64,000 bases of DNA from Octopus vulgaris (Eukaryota): assembly GCA_951406725.2 (NCBI GenBank), contig OX597815.1:94116001-94180000 (forward strand), read 5' to 3'. Positions 25,705 to 39,271 of this stretch are shown here, one piece after another (within the stretch, counting starts at the first letter, position 1; every line of letters starts with the position of its first letter). The notes beneath the pieces were generated by a model, which was not told the DNA's origin, searched no databases, and saw nothing but the letters and a program-made list of their open reading frames with translations. Both the position numbers and the translations under genes were made by a program.

Positions 25705-26727
25705 ATGTGTGCTGTATGTGTGCTGTATTTGTTTGTGTGCTGTATGTGTATATGTGTATGTATGTGTGTGTGTGCTGTATGTGTATATGTGTATGTATGT
25801 GTGTGTGTGTGCTGTATGTGTGTGTGTGTGAATGAGAGGGAGAGAGAAATAGGCTGAGAGAGAGAGAGTAAGTGAGAGACTGTGTTTGTGTGTGCTATGT
25901 ATCTGCTAGAGAGTGTGTTTGTGTGTGTGAGTGAGAATGAGAAAGAGAGAGGCCAAAAGAGAAAGAAACGTTGAGAAGGAGAGAGAGGCCAAGAGAGAGA
26001 GAGAGAGAGAGAGAGAGAAGGGAGTGTTTGTGTGTGTGTGTGTATGTGTGTGTGTGTGTGTGCTGTGTATGTATGAGAGAGTGTGTGTGTTGTATGTGTG
26101 TGTGTGTGTATGTGTGTGTGTGCTGTGTATGTATGAGAGAGTGTGTGTGCTGTATATGTGTGTGAAGGGCTGCTTCAACTATGTATATGGGTGCATGTTT
26201 GTATGTGTGAGTGCGTGTGTGTACTGTATGTGTATGATGTACGTGTACTGTATGTATGTGTGAATGAGATAAAAAGAGAAAGAGAGAGAGAGAGAGAGAA
26301 ATAAAGAGAAAGAGAGACAAAGAGAGAATGTGTGTGTGTATTCGTGTGTATGTGTATTTATGTGTTTGTGCATGCGTGCGTGCTTGCGCTGTATGTGTGT
26401 GTGAGAGAAACATCGTGTGGGTGTTCAAAATTCTCATGAAACAATAGCGAAAATTTGAACTGTAAATAATATAAAAATTGAAATGAATTGCACGCAACAA
26501 TTCTATTCGAAAATTTTCAAGGCTTCTAAAGTTGATAAAAACGAACAAAGTCAAGTCAAAAGAACGAATTAGGTTAGCGAAAAAGTTGAACTATAACGAT
26601 TGTCAATATATTTAAAATTCTTGGAATGTGTTATTATCTTTGAAGTCAAAACAAATCAAGAGCCGTATAAGGCCGTTGGTGACTGTGAAGAAACTATGAC
26701 ACACGTCAAGGACCGTGTGCGAAAGGT

Positions 26728-26758
<31 letters not shown>

Positions 26759-26761
26759 ATG

Positions 26762-26833
<72 letters not shown>

Positions 26834-26874
26834 TATGTGTATAAGTGAGTGAGAGAGAGAGAGAGACTCTACGT

Positions 26875-26926
<52 letters not shown>

Positions 26927-27214
26927 GTCTACGTGTATAAGTGAGTGAGAGAGAGAGAGAGACTCTACGTGTGTATGTGTGTGTCTGTGTATGAGAGAGA
27001 GAGAGAGAGAGATAGAGAGGGAGAGAGCGTCTACGTGTATAAGTAAGTGAGTGAGAGAGAGAGAGAGAGACTCCACGTGTGTATGCGTGTGTGTGTGAGA
27101 GAGAGAGAGAGAGACTCCATGTGTGTGTGAGAGAGAAAGAGAGAGTGCGTGTATCCTGTCTGTGGGTGGAAGAGAAAGAAAGAGAGTGTGCGTGCGTGCA
27201 TGCGCGCTCTTGTC

Positions 27215-27292
<78 letters not shown>

Positions 27293-27666
27293 TTTAAAAG
27301 AGACCTTGTGCGAGTGCGTACGTGTATTTATATGTGGGTGAGTGCATGTTGTATGTGTGTGAGAGAGGCAGAATGTGAGTGTGTGAGAGAGAGACACACA
27401 CATCGATGTGTATGTGTGTGTACGTGTGTGTGCATGTGAAAGAGAGAGAAAGAGAGAGTCTACATGCATGAGAGAGAGAGAGAGAGAGACTCCACGTGTG
27501 TGTGAGAGAGAGTGAGAATCGATGTGTATGTGTGTGTGTGTGTGTGCGTGTGAGAGGAAAGAATGTGTATGTGTGTGCTGTATGTAGGTGAGAGAGAGAC
27601 TGTGTAAATGAAACATTGTGCGAGTGCGTGCGTGTTTGTGTATGTGGGTGTGTGCATGTTGTGTAT

Positions 27667-27715
<49 letters not shown>

Positions 27716-27777
27716 AGAGAGAGAGAGACGATGTGTATGTATGTGTGTCTGCGTGAGAGAGAGACGACGTGTGTGTA

Positions 27778-27834
<57 letters not shown>

Positions 27835-28048
27835 TTGGGAAACCACCATAACAGTTTTTGCTCATGAATTCGAATGAAAAATTTCTATTCGAATATTTTC
27901 AAGACTATAGACCTGATAAAAACAATCGAATTTTTATCAACAAAACGTGTAATTCAAAATAAACACATATCAAACCAATTGTCGCATAAAACAGATTGTT
28001 TCAGCTCTAATTAAGGTACAACGAAACATGCCTTAGATAATTAGAATA

Positions 28049-28141
<93 letters not shown>

Positions 28142-28170
28142 CCTACCTACCTACCTACCTACCTACTTAC

Positions 28171-28269
<99 letters not shown>

Positions 28270-28290
28270 GCTGTCTGTCTCTCTGTCTAT
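25630..28290. repeat. Compound (GT)n/(GA)n/(TATC)n microsatellite field
   Basis: Directly visible; repeated actctacgtgt spacers. Confidence 0.95.
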
Positions 28291-29179
28291 TCCGGTATTG
28301 TAAGCCCCCAACGAAATCTAATGCGTTGCATTCTAGTTCCTTAAATATCGATGGATAAATGGCCACAATATCGAACTGAGTGAATTAGGCTCTGTCCTTG
28401 CCGCTGACATCAATGAACCACGATATGACTTCAATAGCGTTACGCTATAGGCTAAGATCAAAGGCTCTTGTGATGGTGTTATTGATACTCCTTAGTGTAT
28501 GTTTACTGAATCTCCTATTTAGCAAGGTATGTTAATCTGCAGTTTGGCTTTGAGGCAAAGTTAGCTTTTGTGAACATTGATTAGCATAAAAATGTTGCGC
28601 TTGACTAGTGTCTCTATCCTATTATCTACATCTAACCTTACTACTTTGACTTTAACTTCACTGTTTACAGTCTCTTATAATTCAGTATTACGTTACACCC
28701 ACACACACACACGCACACAAGAATATGTTATATATTTTGTACATATGTAATGTGTAAGTATTGTGCATACGCGTATGCATACACGTCTCCACTCACACAT
28801 ACTTTCTCATACATATACATACAAGTGTGTTCTACGGTACCACTGAACGAAACCTTGTTATAACGGCGCAGTATTGTGCAACACGTTTATACGAAAATCA
28901 TCGATGCCCTGCCTACTGCTTCTTTCTCGTTGCTTGTCATCTCCTGATTTCCCTGCATAAACTTGAGTCATCTCATAAGTAATCATCTTAAGAAAAAGAA
29001 AAGAAAAAGAATCAATCAATTACATTTTGTTTGCTTTTGCTTTAAAGAGTGTTTGCTGCTGCTACATCCGACAAATTGTATAGCAATTTCTTCTTATTTT
29101 TTTTTAAAGTATTGCAATTTTGTTTCAGGAATGATTAATTAATTACTATTGTTATCTCTTGCTGTTAGTTACCTAGGTA

Positions 29180-30130
29180 AAGATTATAAAACGAGTAGAA
29201 GGAAGAGAGAAGAATCCTGTATTCTTACAGATTCATTTGGAGTTGCATTATAAACTTTAAAACCATAATGAATATAAGTAAGCACTGAAGACTCAATTGG
29301 CTGCAACGCTTCTAAACTTACGGGAAAAACATTAAAATCATGGAAAATATGGAAAATGTCGAATGTTTGGAGAAGATCGAAACTTGAAGCACGAAAGAAA
29401 CTGTTCAAAAGCATTGTCCAAAAGCAGAAACGGAAAGCTTTCTCTTGGTTTCCCATATAACATGGAGACTAAATTTGGAGATGTCCATAGCCATATAACA
29501 GCTTTGAACCTTCTTACTAGTGCTTACCCTCACCCTACTAGTCCTTATTCAAGTACTCTGCCCACTACCCGCAACCAATCTAGGGATCTAACTACTCTGA
29601 TTACCGAAGTAGGGAATAATAGGGATGATATCATCAGACACGAGACCTACTATAAACTACATCCTCCATATAACTCCCCCGCTCCAACCACCACTACCAC
29701 CAATACCTATCCTAGCGTTGAGGCAGATCTTACCTCTGACACCCGGTTAACCTCAGGTAGTTATAATGCCACAAACTCCGCTTTAGAAAATATCGTATAT
29801 AAATGCACGAATGATTCCAAGTTTGTATATATCGGTTCGTGCAGTACCAAATTCGAGGCGAGAATTAGTAATCATTACTCTAGCTTTAAATCCCAAGCGA
29901 AAACTAACAATACTTCTCTATCTAGGCTCGGTCATAACCTAAACATAATTCAGTCGTATACAATATGAAATGGTCCATTGTTATGCATGCCAAACTGTAT
30001 AGTGATTAAAACGACAACTGCGATCTCTGCATTGCAGAAGTCTTATACAATGCAATGATTGCATAAACGAAGTGAATTTATTCTTAACTGTAAACACAAA
30101 CTACGTTACACATTCTTAAGGTACAAATGC
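29180..30130 (+). mobile_element. Nematis-type PLE GIY-YIG endonuclease remnant
   Basis: NIVYKCT..VYIGSCSTKFEARISNHYSSF..TSLS; then KWSIV..CDLCIAE..CKHK. Confidence 0.8.
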
Positions 30131-31210
30131 CAATGTGTCATCCCGATATCTCCCTTGCTAATCCTCCTACATCTACTTCGATTTCTCCTAAGTATTTATA
30201 ACCATTAGGTTTTAGCGTTATTTTATATATTTCCTTTACTTCATTTGTGGTCTTCTTATGTTTCCTTCTTTCCCTCCTTTCCTTTATATATCACTCTGAT
30301 TTATATTTTATTTATATTTTCATTTTCTCCTTTTTTCTTTTTCTTTTTTTTCTCCTTGTCTTACTCTCTTTATTTCTTGTTTTCTTTTTGTTCTTCTCGT
30401 AGGCACGCGTTTACACTTGCACACCCACAGTTTGTATGTCTGGATATGTGCATGATTAAATATGTAGACGCACGTTGTGTATGTGGATCGAATATTACGC
30501 CTATGGATGCGTTCGCGCGCCGTTAGATACTCAGGCATATTTGTGTATATACTTAGATGCAAAGATGTGTACTCGGTCATGGCATGTAGACACATGTTTA
30601 CGTGGTTGCGTGTGCGAGCGTCTGCGTATGTATACTGTGACGTAAACCAACGGCCAGTAGTATCAGCGGCAACTATCCGATGAGAATTTCAATAGATTGG
30701 AGTCAGTTAGTCTTTATCTTTTACCTATTAAATATTTATGATAACCATTCCTTCCTCTTAACGACAGCAACTATCTACTCCCATCTCTTCCCTCTTTCTT
30801 CTCTCTTTCCATTTATTCATTCCTATCAACCTTATGCGATTCCCACTTCTACGTATTTGAGCCCATCCTTCCTTTTCTTACTTCTGCACCATTTTATTTC
30901 TTCAAACATTTATTTTTCTATTCTATTCTTCCGGTTTCGTTATTCGTTTCAACTCACATCTGCGGTGAGTTAACTTAGAAATTCCAAGCGACAATGTAAC
31001 CTGCATGTGATTCAGGTATTCTCAGCCAGATGGCTAGCTAAGTTGAGTACCACTCGTTTAGTAATTATCGTCTCTGCGGATCAACTAGCTAAGAAACAAA
31101 TGTAGCTTGGAGTTTACCCGTTCTACTCCCTCAATTTGGATTACACCCCCCCACGTCTGTAAAAGACATAAATCTAAGAGAAGAAGCACCCTCTAAGATA
31201 TAGAGCAGTA

Positions 31211-31807
31211 TATATTGAAAATGGGGAAGGCCGGTTTATGGGATTAACTTAGATTTCCCGTCCATAAAGGGTTTAGCTTTATGGCGTATCGCCAGATCCC
31301 AAAACGTGTTAAAAATATGGAGGAGGAAATGCCTCACTACTCAAAGGTAAAATGGGAATTATCTCCCCTGGCCATCGGCTATCGAGTATGGAGACAATGA
31401 GATTCCATACTAGATCCCATGGAAAATCCTCGAGAACCCAGGCCCTACATCAATGGCACAAAACGAAGCTGGTTATGCATAGCTGAACGGGCGAGAATCC
31501 TAAAGAACTTACTCAAGCCAAGGGATATCCTTAGCTCCAGAACGGAGATTTTCGGGCCATGTTTACATTTCAAGAGGTTCCTGCTAGCCTTTTGGATCCC
31601 CAAAAGATGACGGCACAACCGAAAGTCGATAGCCGATAGCCAGGGGAGATAATCCCCATTTTTACCTTAGAGTAGGGAAGCATTTCCTGCTTCATATTTT
31701 TCAGAGGTCTTGGGTTAACAGGTTTTGAGATCTGACGATACGCCATAAAGTTAAACCCTATATAACGGGAAACCTAAAGTAAACCCATAAACCGGCCTTC
31801 CCCATTT

Positions 31808-31813
<6 letters not shown>
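31211..31813 (+). mobile_element. Nematis-type PLE 3' end with ~175-bp inverted pLTRs bearing hammerheads
   Basis: Central RPYINGTKRSWLCIAE..LSSRTEIFGPCLHFKRFLL; arms 31211-31385 and ~31625-31813; HHR motifs at ~31235-31304(-) and ~31723-31790(+). Confidence 0.85.
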
Positions 31814-31863
<50 letters not shown>

Positions 31864-32149
31864 ATATATGTATGTATGTATGTGTGTCTGTATGTATGTA
31901 TACATATACATATATATTTCTAATTGAATTACAAATAATTTTGTTCAAAGAATTTCTACACATATAAGGCCATTGTTGGTCTTCTGTATTTTTAAATAAG
32001 TGTATTTTCTTTTCAATAATTAAAAGAACTTATCTCTATAAAAGCTATATCCTACCTTCTTCTGATAACGAAAATTCTGATAGCAGAGGAAAAAAATAAT
32101 AAGCATGATAACTTTGTTCAAGGTGTTACGAATGTGTGTGTACGTACAC

Positions 32150-32153
32150 TCAA

Positions 32154-32233
<80 letters not shown>

Positions 32234-32238
32234 ACATA

Positions 32239-32283
<45 letters not shown>

Positions 32284-33330
32284 GTGTGTGTGTACTATAT
32301 ATATATATATATATATATACATACATACATACATACACATATACGTACGTACACACACATATAATATGGAAGTATGGAAGTATGCATGCGTATACGTATG
32401 CAGATATGCCTGTATATGTACACACACGTACACACAAACACGCGCACATACATGTGTATATGTATACTTACATGCATGTTTACATAAATGGTTGCATACA
32501 TACATGCATATATATACATGCATACATACATGCATACATACAGGCATACATGCATGCATGCATACATACATACATACATACATACATACATACATACATA
32601 CATTCATACATACATACATACATACATACATACATACATACATACATACATACATACATACATGCATGCATACATATTCTTTACTCTATCCGGTCTTTAG
32701 AAGTGTTGACATTTGTTAGGTCAAACTGACACATGAATTCATCTTCTGTATTTCTTTTCTCTGTTCTGTTGTGCATGCCACAGACAAAGAAATAGATTGA
32801 TAGACAGACTGAGAGACAGACAGACGTATAGATAGACATCTGCAGGAGCCTCTCTACGCCATGTATATGGATATGTGCGCTTGTGTGCGTGTGTGTGTTA
32901 TCTATATGTAGATGTATATCTACTTTATATGTGTATGAAAATATGTGCATCTGCGAACATGTGTGTTTTTTTTTTCTTATCCAAATATATACACATGTGC
33001 GCTAGATATGTGTATGCACATTTTTGTTGTATGTATGCATATGTGTGTGAGTATGTGTGTGTATGTGTGTGCATGTGGGCGTGCGTGTGCGCAAGTATGT
33101 AGTGTGTATGCATGCATGTATGTATGTATGTATGTATGTATGTATGTATGTATGCATGTATGTATGTATGTATGTATGTATGTATGTATGTATGTATGTA
33201 TGCATGCATGTATGTATGTATGTATGTATGCATGTATGTATGTATGTATGTATGTATGTATGTATGTATGCATGCATGTATGTATGTATGTATGTATGCA
33301 TGCATGTATGTATGTATGTATGTATGCATG

Positions 33331-33361
<31 letters not shown>

Positions 33362-33480
33362 GTATGCGTTGCGTTTATGTGCGTATGTGTATGTAGTTGT
33401 ATTTTTGTATGCATTCATCTATGTATGTCTATATTTATGTAAACTGGGCATACGTGCATATGTATGTACGTATGTTTAGA
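32150..33480. repeat. (TA)n/(TACA)n/(TATG)n microsatellite field
   Basis: Directly visible. Confidence 0.95.
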
Positions 33481-33581
33481 ATATTGATTACGTAATTAAT
33501 CAGTGTAGTGCTGTAAACGTCTCTTTTCCTCCGTCGTTCTGGTTCTCATACACTTGTCATCTTTCTGTCTGTCTGTCTATC

Positions 33582-33616
<35 letters not shown>

Positions 33617-34186
33617 CTTTAAAATCTTGTCTTTGTCTCTCTCTGCTCACTGCACTCTCTCTTTTTCTCTTTCTACTTCTCAATTCCTCTGTTTGCCAAC
33701 ATTCCTCCCTCTGTCTCTATTATTCTTTTTCTCTGTTTCCTTCACGCTGTCTCTTAAATCTCAATGCCCCCCCCCTCTCTCTCTTCTTTCCCGCCCTTTT
33801 ACGCAAGCTCTCGCACCTCTTTGTGAGAGACGACAGGGACAAACATGGTGGTTTAGTTAAATGTAAAAATAAAAACAAAGTGTGGGAAACAACAACAAAA
33901 GAAAACAAAACAATAACAACAACATAAAATAAGCCAAAATAAATAAATAAATAAACGAGGGATGAAAATATAAATACATGAAAAAAGAAAAAGAGAGTAG
34001 AAAGTTTTAACTGTCTGGGTTACAGTAACTTTCCTAATATTTAGTCTGACACTAACCTCAGTGGTTGTATTATTTCGTGGGAGATTTTGGGTGCACATCC
34101 GGCACAATATCTAAATGTGTGCACATGTGTCTAGATTATCATTATCGTTGTTGTTGTTGTTGTTGTTGTTGTTATTTTTGTTGTTG

Positions 34187-34238
<52 letters not shown>

Positions 34239-34248
34239 TAAAGACCTT

Positions 34249-34662
34249 GGATCTTTTCGGTTTGAACGGCAGTTTTTTCTAGCGGTGTCATATGAAATTG
34301 TCACCCATAATTATGACCCTAGTATCGATCTATTGCATTTCAATCTGTTTTTGGGTTAGGGTTAGGGGTGGGGGATGGGTATATTTTTTTCTTCAGAAAT
34401 TTAAATAAACTCAATCTGTTTCTTAAACGAGGGACACATTCATACGGTACAGAATGTTTTCACCTCAATAGAGGTCATTGATTGGTTGAAATTGCAGAAA
34501 TTGAAGAAAAAACAACAAATATCTTACAAACTATAGAATTTTCTCAATAAAGCCAAGAGAAAAAGATATTTTATAAACACATTCTACCAGTATACGAAGT
34601 TTAAAAGTGTTTAGTTACGTGGAAATTATTTTAAAAAACTGCCGTTCAAACCGAAAAGATCC
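34249..34662. mobile_element. MITE with ~30-bp TIRs and 8-bp TSD (aagacctt)
   Basis: ggatcttttcggtttgaacggcagtttttt ... aaaaaactgccgttcaaaccgaaaagatcc; TSD at 34241-34248 and 34663-34670. Confidence 0.92.
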
Positions 34663-36502
34663 AAGACCTTCTGTAATATTGAGTTTTATATAAAAAATTT
34701 TTGAATGCAAATTCTGGTCGTATATATTATAGGATTAACTTGTGAAGAAAATTTAAAAGGTTTTTTATATAATTTATCGTTATTAGCTAAAATATTATTA
34801 TAATTGATAATTAATTATATATAAAAAAATTACTAACCACTTTATTTTATGAGATGTAAGGTAAAATTTTATTCAATAAAACCTTGCCCTCTAGAGGAAA
34901 ATTAGCTACAAAACATACTTATAGAATTTCAGAATCATATCACGGTTTATATTCACATTGAAGGTTGACATGTTATAAACGAATAATATCAGAAATAAAT
35001 CGATTTAAGAATGTAATAGATTATTTCACTTAACACTATTCACAGAATAATCGTATCTTATAGAGAATTAAAGTTGTACAAGAGCTTTATAATGACGCTG
35101 CGGGTAGGTATATAAATATACATAAATGTAGCTGTTAAAAGTAACAAGTAGGGGTCACTAAATGTAACAACATAATTAACTGGTAGATTGTGGCAGGTCG
35201 AGAAGCTTGAGAAAGGCTGCATGTTGCATAGTTAAAGAAGAAGCAAGATTTTCTTGAACCGTTATGAAATTTCACAACCACGACGAGTTGGAGTAAGTTT
35301 TGACAGATAATTTCATGTCAGTGCTTGTAGAAATTACGTTGTTGTGCGGGAGGAAGAATGGGTTTATCAAGACTGAACTCCTATCTCACATATGATGGTG
35401 TCGAATTTGACTGGTTGAACTAATAAATTCTAAGTTTAAACTCCAAGAACAAAGGAAGCAAACATGAAGACTAAAGTTTCGATTCTTGGCTTTATATATA
35501 TACACAAGAACATACATATACTGTAGAAGTCTGTTACTTTTGTTGTAGGGTAGGAGAAAGACAAATCACGCAAAGCTCGAGTGAAAAGTGTGTGTTTTGT
35601 CCAACTAGCTCTAAACCTTGTCCATGATAAGGATTAGAACACTGCTTCCTAAGAAAATCACTGGCCTTGACACCTCCTCTCAGACTAGTACTGTTTCTAA
35701 AAGAATTAAGCGCTTTGAGCAGTGACCTCAAAAACATTCTTCAGTGGCAACTCAGTCTATCCTTCGATAATAAAACAACCTCAATTTTAAGAAGCTCGAC
35801 ATTCAGTGGCGCTCTTATTAAGTGGTATTCTAATGAACCTACGGGTCGTCTCTTTTTAGCTAGATCCACTTAGATGCTTTCTCCGGAGCTTCCGCTTTAC
35901 ATTGAAGGGACTTCTTTCATTCACTCCTGTTATTTCATAGCTCCTGCTAAGGAAAAAAACCCTGTAGACTCTCGATTGGTCACTTCGGCTGGCCTACACT
36001 AAGTCCTCCAGCCGCTCCTGAAATAGTCCTACACTAAAGCCTTGTACGTTGCTCTCTTTATCTCTTGCGTCTTCTCTTGCCTCTCCACCCAGGGTACATT
36101 TATCTCCTCCTTTGTAAAAAATAAAAACCAAAACACAAAATAATTTCTATTATTCGTCAAGCAGAAGCTAACATAATTGATACAGTGAGCCAAATATTTC
36201 AGTCAGTCACACTTTTAGTAATGAAATAATCATCTAAATGATTAATTCAAGTTAAGAAATACACATACATATATGCATACATCCATCCATCCATCCATCC
36301 ATCCATCCATCCATACATACATTCTCAAAACGGGAAAGGAAAAAGCAGATTCGAAGACTACAGATCCAAGCCATCACTGGAACTGTGAAAATTTGTAAAA
36401 CTTTCCAGGAGTTTATCATTTAAGTATATATGAGCTTCTCTAGATATCCAAGCATATGCGTGAAAAGACATACCTCAAACAAAACATACAAATCTGCACG
36501 TA

Positions 36503-36534
<32 letters not shown>

Positions 36535-36552
36535 CATACATATACATACATG

Positions 36553-36607
<55 letters not shown>

Positions 36608-36633
36608 GTTGTTGTATTTGGGGATATTTATCT

Positions 36634-37064
36634 ATGCGCCCTTTTTAAGCTTAGCCTAGCTCATGGGCCCAGTTTCCCGGTTTCTATGACGTATGTGTTC
36701 CCCCAAGTTGGACGGGACGCCAGTCCAATGCAGCGTAACTGAAGAAACAGGAAGAAAAAGTGAGAGAAAGTTGGGGCGAAAGAGTACAATAGGGGTCGCC
36801 ACCACCCCCTACAGGAGCCTCGTGGAGCTTTAGGTGCTTTCGCTCAATAAACACTCGGTTGGGGATTCGAAACCGCGATCCTCTGACCGTGAGTCCGCTG
36901 CCCTAACCACTGGGCCATTGCATCTCCACTGCGTCTATTTTAAAGCCTAGCCAGGCTCATCGGCTCGGTTTCCCGGTGTCAAACGCGTCGTTCGGTCCAG
37001 GAATCGAAACCACAATCTTCACATCATGATGCTGACACCCTAACCACTAAGCCACGCGCCTCTA
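36634..37064 (-). mobile_element. Two adjacent tRNA-derived SINEs
   Basis: Minus-strand heads tggcccagtggttagggcagcgg and ggcgcgtggcttagtggttagggtg; tails shared with 52545-52803. Confidence 0.85.
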
Positions 37065-37187
37065 CACACACACACATATATATATACATACATACATACA
37101 AACATACATACATACATACATACATACTTACATACATACATACATACATACATACATGCATACATACATACATACATACATACACGC

Positions 37188-37232
<45 letters not shown>

Positions 37233-37237
<5 letters not shown>

Positions 37238-37474
37238 TTTATTTAAAGCAGCAGAAAATTCAACAAAACCTGTTACTCTGAGTTTCCCGTTGCCGTTCAT
37301 CGGACAGTTTTTGCAGGTTTTTTTAGCAAAAACTGTCCGATGAACAGCAACGGGAAACTCAGAGTAACAGGTTTTGTTGAATTTTCTGCTGCTTTAAATA
37401 AAGCATAATACTCTACCACTGGTATTTGAGTACTCTTTTTTCCACCTTGCTTCACATTTATGTGTTTACTCCGA
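37233..37474 (+). mobile_element. Minimal PLE insertion: 82-bp inverted repeat with hammerhead (37333-37370), between (TA)n tracts
   Basis: Arms 37233-37314 and 37326-37407 with one mismatch; ctgt-CCGATGA-acagcaacgg-GAAA-ctcagag-TA-acag. Confidence 0.8.
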
Positions 37475-37487
37475 TATATATATATAT

Positions 37488-37597
37488 ATAAGAATTTTTG
37501 CGTAATGAGATAAAAAAAACCAAGGCTGTGTAGATATTAGAACATTTATAGGATATTTATTAAGTATATCCCTTCATCGGAGACGGTGTAGAGGATG

Positions 37598-37598
<1 letters not shown>
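37488..37598 (-). mobile_element. PLE pLTR fragment, same family as 62620-62855
   Basis: Reverse complement acaccgtctCCGATGAagggatat...atatcct; GAAA segment deleted. Confidence 0.7.
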
Positions 37599-37667
<69 letters not shown>

Positions 37668-37927
37668 TGTAGGGTAATATATGAATCCATAAAATCGTGT
37701 GGTTTTCACAGAAAACTGCTCTGGTGAACACGACTAACTGACCACATAGTAATTCTATACAGAAGAGTATAGTACAGAGTTCGATGGAGCTGAAATCCAG
37801 GGGATCTAAAACACGAAATTATATGCATGTATATACAATTGTATATTTGTAAATCAATGCCGATAAAGAAAGCTAGTTTACCAGATCACCACTATATGTT
37901 TTCTATACTGAGCATATCTAGCTCTCA

Positions 37928-37991
<64 letters not shown>

Positions 37992-38007
37992 ATATATATA
38001 TATATAA

Positions 38008-38930
38008 AAAAATTATAGGGCGAAGACGAGTGTATAAACAACAAACAGATGTATTAGTTTAAAGCTTGGGAAGTGGGAAAGTCTTTTACGTTTCGAGCCT
38101 ACCCTCTTCGAGAGAAAGGAACACAAAAATAAACAGGGACGATAGAGAGTGGGTGAAGCAAGGGTGGGGTCTAAGGGATGGGGTGGGGATGGATGGGATA
38201 TATAGGGATGGTAGGGTTGGAATGTGTAGGGTTGGGGTAACGACGGAGGGGGTGACGATGAAGGGAGAGGGTGGAAAGGAGAAGGTGGGAAGGAGTGAAG
38301 AGAGAAAGTAGGTGCCAGAGCAAGAGAGGAGAGGTGGGTGGGAGGAAATAGGTGTGAGAGGAAGAGAGGAGAGAGGAGGAGGGTTAGATGAAGAGGGGAG
38401 GGGAGTTGAGCCCATGTGGCGCAAAGGAGCAAAGAGAGAAAATTCTACAGAAAAAACTGTAGTTTATTATCAAGGAGAGAATTATATTATCAATAATAAT
38501 AAAGGGTAGAATTTCTGTAGAATGTTTTGCTCGACAACACACGTGGGTGAGTGAGGGGAAATGCGAGATCTCATTGGTATTTTTTGAATTCGTTGGTACT
38601 GGTCATTGGATATAGTTTTGTCTGAGTCGCTTGGATTCAGATAGATTTGTTCAATTTTTTCAGTTCTCTCAAATTTAAAATCTCGAAATACTGTGCTGAT
38701 GAGCGAGAATGATAATATGAAGATGTGGTTTTTGCATTTTTCATATCTATCTAACTCTGAAACGCGTCCACAGTTAATCAAATTACAGGGTGAATTTCGT
38801 TGTTTTTTCTTTTTACCTACTTGGATTGTTTTTGAGTATATGTTATCTGGGAGATTCTCTTACGGTAGAGAAATAGCTAGGTATTTGGCTGCTATTTCTA
38901 AATGTGATGAAGCAAATTTTTTTGCTGAAC
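38008..38930 (-). mobile_element. PLE remnant with pLTR and degenerate hammerhead (38083-38118)
   Basis: cttt-CTCTCGA-agagggtaggctc-GAAA-cg-TA-aaag on minus; tail matches 60283-60400; upstream KCKNHIFILS resembles a PLE ORF N-terminus. Confidence 0.6.
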
Positions 38931-38977
38931 CCTAATTATAATTATATTCATAATTATAAAAAAATTGTTGTATATAT

Positions 38978-39114
38978 ATATATTTATATTAAGAGCATTA
39001 CTATACATAAATGCCTCACGCTACGAGGGACTCTTAAAGACAAAACTACCATAATAAGGGTCCCTCGTAGTGTGAGGCATTTATGCATAGTAATGCCCTT
39101 AATATAAATAAATA
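38978..39114. repeat. ~60-bp inverted repeat beside (TA)n
   Basis: gcattactatacataaatgcctcacgctacgagggac / gtccctcgtagtgtgaggcatttatgcatagtaatgc. Confidence 0.85.
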
Positions 39115-39228
39115 TATTTAAAGGGAATAATTAATAATTTTCCCTTATGAGGTTTTTCACGCTAACTACTTGATAAAGATTTTATCCTATTTTAAAATTT
39201 TATATATATATATATATGTATGTATGTG

Positions 39229-39271
<43 letters not shown>

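Noticed and set aside
26612-27865. 417-aa minus-strand ORF
   Set aside because: (CA)n/(CT)n microsatellite translation
30670-30700. CCGATGA hammerhead half-site
   Set aside because: No properly placed GAAA or stems
32020-33479. Many YVCM/HTYI ORFs
   Set aside because: Tetranucleotide and dinucleotide repeats
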